Assembly (NCBI GenBank): GCA_030141605.1
Contig: JAQGDQ010000610.1
Location: 62,001-126,000 of the forward strand
Reading direction: 5' to 3'
Source of the DNA: Tubiluchus corallicola
Taxonomy: Eukaryota; Animalia; Priapulida
Length of the DNA: 64,000 bases
A model generated the notes under the pieces. It saw only the letters and a program-made list of their open reading frames with translations. It made no database searches and had not been told where the DNA came from. Both the position numbers and the translations under genes were made by a program. Shown piece after piece: positions 41,801 through 53,800 of this stretch; position 1 is the first letter of the stretch, and the number at the start of each line of letters is the position of its first letter.

Positions 41801-44800
41801 TTGGTTTTTAAACAAGTAATTGACAAGATTGAGTTCTGACATTGGTTTCTAAGCAAGTAATTGACAGGATTGAGTTCTGACATTGGTTTTTAAGCAAGTA
41901 ATTGACAAGATTGAGTTCTGACATTGGTTTTTAAACAAGTAATTGACAAGATTGAGTTCTGACATTGGTTTTTAAACAAGTAATTGACAAGATTGAGTTC
42001 TGACATTGGATTTTAAACAAGTAATTGACAGGATTGAGTTCTGACATTGGTTTTTAAACAAGTAATTGACAGGATTGAGTTGTGACACTGGTTTCTAAGC
42101 AAGTAATTGACAGGATTGAGTTTTGACACTGGTTTTTAAGCAAGTAATTGACAGGATCGAGTTCTGACATTGGTTTTTAAGCAAGTAATTGTCAGGATTG
42201 AGTTCTGACATTGGTTTTTAAACAAGAAATTGACAGGATTGAGTTCTGACATTGGTTTCTAAGCAAGTAATTGACAGGATTGAGTTCTGACATTGGTTTT
42301 TAAACAAGTAATTGACAAGATTGAGTTCTGACATTGGTTTCTAAGCAAGTAATTGACAGAATTGAGTTCTGACACTAGTTTTTAAGCAAGTAATTGACAA
42401 GATTGAGTTCTGACACTGGTTTTTAAACAAGTAATTGACAGAATTGAGTTCTGACACTAGTTTTTAAGCAAGTAATTGACAGGATTGAGTTCTGACATTT
42501 GTTTTTAAGCAAGTAATTGATAGGATTGAGTTCTGACATTGGTTTTTAAGCAAGTAATCGACAGGATTGAGTTCTGACATTGGTTTTCAAGCAAGTAATT
42601 GATAGGATTGAGTTCTGACATTGGTTTTTAAGCAAGTAATTGACAGGATTGAGTTCTGACATTGCTTTTTAAGCAAGTAATTGACAGGATTGAGTTCTGA
42701 CATTGGTTTTTAAGCAAGTAATTGACAGGATTGAGTTCTGACATTGGTTTTTAAGCAAGTAATTGACAGGATTGAGTTTTGACATTGGTTTTTAAACAAG
42801 TAAGTGACAGGATTGAGTTCTGACATTCATTTTAAAACAAGTAATTGACAGGACTGAGTTCTGACATTGGTTTTTAAGCAAGTAATCGACAGGATTGAGT
42901 TCTGACATTGGTTTTTAAACAAATAATTGACAGTGTTGAGTTCTGAAAAATTTTCCCGGTCAAAAGCAAGAGCCGGAACACTAACCTGATCGTAGTCAAA
43001 TGCAAATAAGTCCTCCGGTTCTGCAATGGTAACATATACGTTAGTGGGAGAGTTTTCAATTATACTTCCTCTATAGAACGAACGGTTGAACGCTGGAGCA
43101 TTATCGTTAATATCAAGAACTATAACATAGATTAATGCAGTTCTTCTGCTCTTCCAGTCATCCACGGTTGTATTCTTGTCAGCCGCAACCTGTGCGTTAA
43201 TAAAACTCAAGTCGAAATGCCGCATTCCTGCATATAGCAATAATGTATTACCAAAGACCTTTCAAGCAGTTACACTACCATGAACTATGAATTTATTTTT
43301 CACACATCAAAAAATACAATACCAAACACATCAATACATTTAAAATAATATAATTTGAGTAGTGCGAGGTGAGTGTACGACGATACGGTCATTAACACAC
43401 TCACCTTACTTAAATGAAAAAATGATTATAATTATGCATTCTTCTGTGTGTAACTTAATAATGTAAATAAGGATGAAGTAAATGATGTAATAATAGCAAT
43501 GGTATAAGAGCAATAAAACTGAAAGTTGACAAAGGAAAACATAATATGTAATTACGACTTTGAGTGAGCCTTAGAGTGAAAAAATTTTAAATTGTTACAA
43601 ATTTGAATTATCTGATTATCTGTCAATGCAGCAACAAGCAGCAATAACTACATATTTATATGATAGTGTATATTGCTAATTGCGCAGAAGAGTAGCATAA
43701 TGATCTGTCCCCATACTAACTGACAGCTTTAAAGGATCATTATGGTACTCTTCTGTGCAATTAACAATATACATTATCATATAAATTTACACTACACTAC
43801 AACATATGGCTATGCAGACGCTCTTAATACTAAAAGACAAGCGGAGAATCAAAGAAGTTAGAACTGTTATGCAACACAAGTACATGAAAATTTGTTTTTC
43901 CATATTTTAATGATAATATTACACGTTATTTAATGTATAAAAAGATACAAGGATTAACATTTCCACACAAATGCTCGCGATTTTCAAAATCAGAATAATT
44001 CTAAAATAAGGAAGCGTTCTGATAACATAACATGACAATCCAGAAAAAACAAATATTTCCCACGATTCCAAACGTTGATTATAAGACAAAATTTCGGTTA
44101 CAACCATCAACTTTACTGTTAAAGGCTTGCTTAAGGAAATTTACGTAACGTGTACCCCAGGGATGAGAATGACAAATTGCAAAAAACTCTGAAACAGGCC
44201 GGGGGTTTGGGGGCGAAACCCCCTTGGAGCCAGCAACAAATTGCAATTTTGTGACCATAGAGAGCCTCTAAGTGGACCTAAAATATCAGTTACCTTGTTT
44301 CATTCATAATTTAAAATACCCAACTATCAAGGATACATGACACCTAATTGTCTCAAAAATGCCTAAGTACTGGCCGCTCCTTTGCAAAAGTATATAAAAA
44401 ACTGTCTACAATTGACTCAAATAAGTCCGCACAATTGATCCTATATTTTTATACATAGAGATATACAAGTGGTTACACTGATGTACGTGATGTAAACAAA
44501 ATGACGGCTTGCCAACTAGCGGTCAGCTTGTGAAATAATGTACTGGGTCCGTAAAAATTTTCTCAACGAATTTACGCGACTTACAAAAATAGCACTACTG
44601 GTCTTCCAAAAACTCGGAATTCCGCGTATCCGCAGAAAATTCTCATCCCTGGTGTACCCTCAAAGCAATGCCGGACCCCCCATACCGGTTTCGCCCATAC
44701 TCCCTTGAGATAGCACTTAAAGGCACGCCACTTTCATATTTAGCTATAATTTCAAGCTTTGTTTCCATCGACATCATCCTTTTCTTCTTATCACTACCAC

Positions 44801-47800
44801 TGGCACTTGCTTTTTTCGGACCCATGGTTATTGAATGCGTTCACGTGAGATAAGAGCACAACAAAGAGTTCACGTGATGCTACGAAATTCATTCTGCGAA
44901 GACCGTTGTCGGGCGGCACTTTTGATTTTCGTTTTTGTATCTTGAATATTTTATCATTATATGGGACGGAAATTTCTTCGAAGCCCGATTCGTATTCTGA
45001 ATTTTTCGTATAATAGGGTTTTCGTAAGTCGAGGTTCCACTGTATTTAATTATCAGCAACACTTTGGCATTATTATAGGTGTTAAAGCATATATAAGTTT
45101 TAACATACTTCAAATTGGGGTAGAACATGAAAATCACCTGAACACGAAAATCACCTTTTTTTCTTCAAGCCTTTTCCCGAGCCAAATGGAGTACTATATC
45201 TGTTAATACGGTTTTCGTAAGTCGAGGTTCCTCTGCACCTCATACCTGAGGTTGACCGTATCTTCATATCGCATTAATTAAACTCGTCTACTAAAACCAA
45301 GAACCACTTACAGTAATTTCGATCCACTCTCTCCTGAAAGCTGTGTGTAACTTCTCTTTATCCAGCTCTTTAGCTATGGTGATTCTGCCATCGTTAGGAT
45401 CTATGCTAAAATAACTCATCAAATCTTCGTCTGCGAATACAATGAGAACATATTAAAAACAACACGTGATGTGTACAAAACAAATTAACTCTTTACCTGC
45501 ATTAGAAGCTTATTGTGGAAGTTGGAATTGTACATTTTAGTTAGGTGCTGGCATCTATGTGCCAATCCTGTTACATTCTACCAGCTGACTTACCTTCAGT
45601 ATAATTGTATGGTCCAGTGAATGCATACACACTGGTCCTCTCCCTATCTAATATTAATGGTTGTTGTGAAGCGTGTGCAACTCTGCATAGATCAAGTTCT
45701 ATACCTACATACTGGCTGTGAAACAGGTTTTACTGACTGTTTTTGCTTTTCTAGTTTTTGCTCAATGCTCAGTGCAGCAGTTTTGCTATGCATGTTTTCT
45801 GTAGTTCAATAAACAGTTTTCTGTTGTGTGCAGTGCAAATATTTATTATAGATATTATAGTCTAAACTCAATCATAACAAAGTGACTGAACAACAACTTC
45901 AAAATGACTTTCACACTTATATTGTCAGACTCAAGATATACTTGCTGTCTAGTAGCATGCTTTGGATTAAATTACTTCCCACGGATCAGCGACAACGTTG
46001 TGAACGTTTCGACTGTTCAATTGTTTCACTCTTTGTTTTTTTAGTTTTTGTTTTACATTACTAAATTATTATATGTGTACTCGCATAGCAAAATCTTCCA
46101 TATGTCGGCAATTAAGCTTTTCTAATTATTCACATATCTTGAATCTCCATTTCATGTGGATCATTTTGATACCAAGTTCATCACTCTATGTTACTTGTAA
46201 GCTGAGATAATCCACGTTGAAGTTGAGGTGCAGGCTGCGCACTGAAAAACACAACCTCGAAAAATTCGCTGTTAAAGTTAGCCATTGCTTTTCGTCGCGT
46301 TTCTACAAAACACTTAGCAACTGCACAAATGTTGATTGCTATGGACTTTGCAAGAGCACATTGAAGTTATGTCTAAATCCAGTAGGTGGCTCTTCCTGAC
46401 GAAGAAGATTTGGCCTTGGAAACAGAGAAAACCCGAAGCAAAATGACTGCTTCTACGAGCTACTATCGGAGTTTGAAAATACAAGTTTTTTTACAATTGC
46501 AGTACTAGTTTCTAGGAAGAAAAGTGGGTATGGGGTTATAAAATTAAATTTTTAGTATTTTTGAACATTTTCTTGATAATTTGATGCCAGAATATAAAAG
46601 TCGTTCAGTATATTTAGCATTTGTTTTTGAAAAAAACAAAAAATTGATATATGAGCAAATTTTTGGTGTATTCTAGTTTCAAGTACCATAACGTAGTTTT
46701 AACTATGCCGACTTGTGAACGGTTTTGTTTTGCAAGCACAAATAATCGATTATCATCATGCTGTGTCTTTTTGTACAGTATGAAGCCACAAGTTATCACA
46801 AGTTCTGAAAATTGTCATATGAATTACAAACATAGCACTTCGTCGCATCTTGATAACTTTACAGTTGCAATAAAACAGTCAGCTGCCTTGTTTAGTCTGG
46901 GATAGTTTACTGGTCAAGGCGTTAGACATTACCTGGCTCAACAGAGACAAAACTGTATGAGTAGTCAAGGCGTCTAGACATTATCTGGCTCAGCAGAGAC
47001 AAAACTGCATAAGTAGTCAAGGCGTCTAGACATTACCTGGCTCAGTACAAACAATACTGTACGAGTAGTCAAGGCATCTAGACATTACCTGGCTCAGCAG
47101 AGACAATACTGCATGAGTAGTCAACGCGTCTAGACATTACCTGGCTCAGCACAAACAATACTGCATAAGTAGTCAAGGCGTCTAGACATTACCTGGCTCA
47201 GCAGAGGCAATACTGCATAAGTAGTCAAGGCGTCTAGACATTACCTGGTTCAGCACAAACAATACTGTACGAGTAGTCAAGGCGTCTAGACATTACCTGG
47301 CTCAGCAGAGGCAATACTGCATAAGTAGTCAAGGCGTCTAGACATTACCTGGCTCAGCACAAACAATACTGTACGAGTAGTCAAGGCGTCTAGACATTAC
47401 CTGGCTCAGCAGAGACAATACTGCATAAGTAGTCAAGGCGTCTAGACATTACCTGGCTCAGCACAAACAATACTGCATGAGTAGTCAACACGTCTAGACA
47501 TTACCTGGCTCAGCACAAACAATACTGTACGAGTAGTCAAGGCGTCTAGACATTACCTGGCTCAGTACAAACAATACTGTACGAGTAGTCAAGGCGTCTA
47601 GACATTACCTGGCTCAGCAAAGACAATACTGCATAATTAGTCAACGCGTCTAGACATTGCCTGGTTCAGCACAAACAATACTGTACAAGTAGTTAAGGCG
47701 TCTAGACATTACCAGCTCAGCAAAGACAATACTGTACAAGTAGTCAAGGCGTCTAGACATTACCTGGCTCAGCACAAACAATACTGTACAAGTAGTCAAG

Positions 47801-50800
47801 GCGTCTAGACATTACCAGGCTCAGCAAAGACAATACTGTACAAGTAGTCAAGGCGTCTAGACATTACCTGGCTCAGCACAAACAACACTGTACAAGTAGT
47901 CAAGGCGTCTAGACATTACCTGGCTCAGCAGAAACAATACTTTACAAGTAGTCAAGGCGTCTAGACATTACCTGGCTCAGCACAAACAACACTGTACAAG
48001 TAGTCAAGGTGTCTAGACATTACCTGGCTCAGCAGAAACAATGCTGTACACAAGTGGAAGAGGGTGGCCGGTATCTTGGTCATTAGCTTTGACTTTGAAA
48101 AACTCAGTTCCCTACGAAGAAATTTGATTATATAATGATGTAGCATATACCAACACACATGCACACATAGGTTTACTTGCACTAGGCATTGTGATAAAGA
48201 TGTACAGCAGCTGCACAAAATAATAATTATGCAAAAGTAATTAAGAAAACGAATCGAAATCATTCTGCTTTTCACTAAATATGAAGTAACGTGCCGCGCG
48301 CATACACGTCTTCTTACCTATCGAAATTGGTTTCGTCAAAAATTTGGTCACGTGACCAACTGACCACATAGTAGACATTATTACCTCGCATGCAATTCAA
48401 GTTGAAACGATAAGTAATTTGTGAATTGCTTAACTACATGACTGTGGATGTCAAAATGCTGATAAACCATTGTGGTTTATTTTGCAAACGGTTATTACCT
48501 ATTGAAAGCATGTAATGAGTTGAAGAAAAAAAGAAAATGCCGAAAAATTGTTGACTAGTTTGGATTTGAACCAGAGACCTGAGATTAGTGCTCTCTTGCT
48601 GTGCCAGATGAGCTACCAGTTCAACAAAACAGAGCAGGTCCGAGATTTCCTCCTTGTAGCACAGAATCCACCTGTACTCATCACAGTAGGGCGATACTTG
48701 TGGCATTAACAACTTCTCGAATTAGTAAAATAAACCGCAATGGTCTGTGAACATTCTGGGATTCTGTGGCAGATGAGCTACCAGTTCACCAAACAGAGCA
48801 GGTGCGAGATTTCCTCCTTGTAGCACAGAATCCACTCCACATTCTGGGATTCACAGTCATCTAGTTAATGATGTCGTTAATTGCCAGCTAATTTGAAAAA
48901 AGGTTGATACCATTTGTGAATTGTCTTTCATTGTTTTTTTGCAAATCATAAGTGCCTAAGCTCCGCGAGACCACAAGTAAGTGGCAAAGCTCAGGGAGAC
49001 CACAAGTAAGTGCCAAAGCTCCGGGAGACCACAAATAAGTGCCAAAGCTCAGGGAGACCATATGTAAGTGCCAAAGCTCCGGGAGACCACACATAAGTGC
49101 CAAAGCTCCGGGGAGACCACGTGTAAGTGCCAAAGCTCAGAGAGACCACACATAAGTGCCAAAGCTCCGAGGAGACAACACATAAGTGCCAAAGCTCCGG
49201 GGAGACCACACATAAGTGCCAAAGCTCAGGGAGACCACATGTAAGTGCCAAAGCTCCGGGGAGACCAAACATAAGTGCCAAAGCTCAGGGAGACCACACA
49301 TAAGTGCCAAAGCTCCAGGGAGACCACATATAAGTGCCAAAGCCCCAGGGAGACCACACATAAGTGCCAAAGCTCAGGGAGACCACAAATAAGTGCCAAA
49401 GCTCCGGGAAGACCACACATAAGTGGCAAAGCTCCGGGGAGACCACATATAAGTGCCAAAGCTCCAGGGAGACCACACGTAAGTGCCAAAGCTCCGGGGA
49501 GATTAAATATAAGTGCCAAAGCTCCGAGGAGACAACACATAAGTGCCAAAGCTCCTGGGAGACCACACATAAGTGACAAAGCTCTGGGGAGACCACACAT
49601 AAGTGACAAAGCTCCGGGGAGACCACACATAAGTGCCAAAGCTCAGGGAAACCACACGTAAGTGCCAAAGCTCCGGGGAGACCACATATAAGTGCCAAAG
49701 CTCCAGGGAGACCACACATAAGTGCCAAAGCTCCAGGGAGACCACATATAAGTGCCAAAGCTCCAGGGAGACTACACGTAAGTGCCAAAGCTCAGGGAGA
49801 CCACAAATAAGTGCCAAAGCTCCGGGAAGACCACACATAAGTGGCAAAGCTCCGGGGAGACCACATATAAGTGCCAAAGCTCCAGGGAGACCACACGTAA
49901 GTGCCACAGCTCCGGGGAGACCACACATAAGTCACAAAGCTCCTGGGAGACCACACATAAGTGACAAAGCTCCGGGGAGACCATATGTAAGTGCCAAAGC
50001 TCCGGGGAAACCACAAATAAGTGCCAAAGCTCCAGGGAGACCACACGTAAGTGCCAAAGCTCCGGGGAGACCACACATAAGTCACAAAGCTCCTGGGAGA
50101 TCACACATAAGTGACAAAGCTCCGGGGAGACCACATGTAAGTGCCAAAGCTTCAAAGAGACCACATGTAAGTGCCAAAGCTCTGGAAAGACCACATGTAA
50201 GTACCAAAGCTCCGGGGAGACCACATGTTGGTGCCAAAGCTCAGGGAGACCACATATAAGTGCCAAAGCTTCAGGGAGACCAAATGTTAACTGCCAAAGC
50301 TCCGGGAAGACCACACATAAGTGCCTAAATATCTTTGTTGCAACTGCGGTAGTTAAGTAAGGTTATTTCGCTATTATTTTTTGCTTAATCACGATGGAAA
50401 ATAATGCAAGCTAATTTACTAATTATTATTATTATTACATGAAATTTATATAGCACCCAAAAGATATAAAAATGCTCAGGTGCACTTTACAACCAAAGAT
50501 CTTACAAAACCTAAAACTAATCACAAACCTATGCACACTATAAAGAAATGGCCTTGAAAATTCAAGTAAAAAAATCAATACAAAATCTAGTTAGTAGGAA
50601 AATGCAAGTCAAAAAGTAAAATCCAATTCAATGCACATGTTCTAATTTAAAAAGACGTGCCTTGAGCAATTTTTCAAATATAGTTATAGTAACCTTGATC
50701 AAACTTATATTTTTCGTAAAAAATCTCACAGCTGTAATTCGTTATTGCAATTAAAATAATAATTAAACACATTTGGATACTAATGGAGTTTAATGTAACA

Positions 50801-53800
50801 CACCAAATCTAATTTAACTGGTTCCAGTTCATTAAATATATGTATAAAATTATTCAGTTCAACAGGTACTGGAAGAATCAGGCTGAAAAATTAGGGTTGA
50901 GCATCGAGCATTCAAATTCGATTCAAATTTTTTTTAGCCTTACTCAAGGTTCAATTTACGAACTGAGAGTTACCAGCCGCAGCAGTTACGGTATATTTTC
51001 TCACACAACTGAATAGCGATGAGCACAGCATGCTGAATTCGATTTGGACTAGCATTCAAAATGCGTTCTTTATCATTAAAATGTGTAGTTTGAAACAGCA
51101 TGCAGATTTTAGACAAATTATTAGTGTTTTTAGTGCTGAATAAAATCAAATAATAGGTATGACCTTTGTCAGACTGCTTTTTATAAGGGATTCGAAATTT
51201 TCAAAACTGAATTCCGATGAGAATGCTCACCGCTATTGATAATGTGACTCGAATTTTCAGCCAAAAAATCTTCCGACCGAGCGACAGCGGTCAGAGGATG
51301 CCACAATTTCATTTACCACAGCCATGTGCTCCTCTACTTCTGTTAAATAAGGCAAGTCTGAAAACCACGGTGGCTTGTTTGGGATGTCTTTCACGTAGAC
51401 GTACACTGTGAGTGGAGTCTCGTTACAATCTCTGCCCCCTGGTGTGTAGTCTTTGCAATACTGTTCGTCCTTACCGCCATCCTGCAAAATGCATTGTGCT
51501 CAACGGTGCAAATTCTATGCTGCTATCTAAGAATTTCAAATATAAAAATTTCACATGCAAGTTACGTATGTATATTACTAAGTATATTACGTATGTATAT
51601 TACTAAGTATATTACGTATGTACATTACTAAGTATATTGTGTATGTATATTACTAAGTATATTGCGTATGTATATTACCAAGTATATTACGTATGTACAT
51701 TACTAAGTATATTACCAAGTATATTACGTATGTATATTACTAAGCATATTACTAAGTATATTACATATGTATATTACTAAGTATATTACGTATGTATATT
51801 ACTAAGTATATTGCGTATGTATATTACTAAGTATATTACTAAGTATATTGCGTATGTATATTACTAAGTATATTACTAAGTATATTGCGTATGTATATTA
51901 CTAAGTATATTACTAAGAATATTACGTATGTACATTACTAAGTATATTACTAAGAATATTACGTATGTATATTACTAAGTATATTACGTATGTATATTAC
52001 TAAGAATATTACGTATGTATATTACTAAATATATTACTAAGTATATTACGTATGTATATTACTAAGTATATTACGTATGTACATTACTATTACATATGCA
52101 TATTACGAAGAACATGAGAAAATTTTAAAACCCAAAATGTTGCTGAAGAAACTCTGCATCAACTGAGAGAATCAGATTTTCGATCTGCCATTTTGAATTC
52201 AAGATGCTGGCGATAACGCCATTTTATAAGAGTTGTCCCTATGCTGGTATGTAAGGCTTTCAAATGTGAAAATTTCACATGCAAATTACGTATGTATATT
52301 ACTAAGTATATTACGTATGTACATTACTATTACGTATGTGTATTACTAAGAACATGAGAAAATTTTGAAACCGAAAAATGTTGCTGAAGAAACTCTGCAT
52401 CGACTGAGAGAATCAGATTTTCGATCTGCCCTTTTATATTCAAGATGCTGGCGATAACGTTACTTTATAATAAATTTCATGAAGATCATTTTGATACCAA
52501 GCTTATAGCTCTATGATATTTCTAAGCTGAGATAATCCGTGTTGAAGTTGAGGTGCAAACTACGCACTGAAAAACTTAATCTTGAGAAAATCATTGTTAA
52601 AGTTAGTCATTGTTTTTTTTTACACATTTCTACAAAAGACTTAACAACCTTACAAATGGACATTGCAAGAACACATAGATGGCCCTTTCTGACAAAGATC
52701 AGGGCTAGGCATCAAAAAATGGAAACAAAACGGCTTCTTCCAGCTAATTTCGGAGTTTGAAAATTTAGTAGGAAGTTTTTTACGATTGCATTACTATAGT
52801 TTCTAGCCAGAAAAATGGGTACTGGGTTATAAAGTTAGATTTTTCAGAATTTTTAACATTTTCTTGATAATTTGATGCCAGAACATAAAAGCTCAATATA
52901 TTACGTGTGTGTTTTTATAACACCAAAAAATGACATTTCACTAAATTTTTGGTGCATTCTACTTTGAAGCAATCATAACGTAGTTTTAACTATGCCGACT
53001 TGTGGACGGTTTTGGTTTACAAGCACACAAATGGTTTTATACTGTTATTCATTGTTTCTGTACCCCCCTAGCAAAAGGTTATACACCACGCAGCATTACA
53101 AAAAATAATTTGATTATTTACGTGTCTCGCTGCAAGTTCATATCATCATCCAATGAATCACATGTCCAGTGACATGATTCTGCTCACCTCCCTATGCCAG
53201 GACCCCTGCTCGCCGCAATACCCCAAGTACATTTATTTCTAAGGATCAATGTTGAAGTGTTTAAATCTTTCTGCGTAAAATCTAAATATGTTAACAACGC
53301 TGCAAGTTGGTGCATCTAGAACTGCAAGTTTCAATCTCTGTCAGATTTGATGATTTCTTTCTTGCGTCAGCAAACATCACAATAAATTACCTTTGCAATG
53401 GCAGCAACCTCGAGGATGGAATTCTCTTGATAATCCAACTGTTTGTTAAGATAAACAATGAAGTCGCCGCTGAAGGTGGTATAATTCCCCACGAAATATC
53501 CCGCGTTGAGGGTCTGAAAAGTTACAAGGAACTTGATAAAGTTGATTTTGTTAAAGGAAAACCGGATGATTGTGTAAACACGAGTTCAGAATAAAGTATG
53601 CTCTAAAATATTGAAAACTACAATAGCTTTTTTTAAATCAAAGCTTAGATTAAATAATAATTACCTCGGATACTCAAATTTCGTTAAATTTTCAAAGCTA
53701 CGCGCGGCTCAGTGAATCTACTAAAATTGGCAGCGGCGCCTTTTTGTCACGTGCGCGGGGCCGTCAAATAGAAGGCGGTACCGTGATAACCATGATCATA

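Noticed and set aside
48888-50314. Many overlapping repetitive ORFs (SAKAPGRPH / ALALMCGLPG)
   Set aside because: Products of a 29/30-bp minisatellite with frequent frameshifts and no splice link to the cadherin frame.
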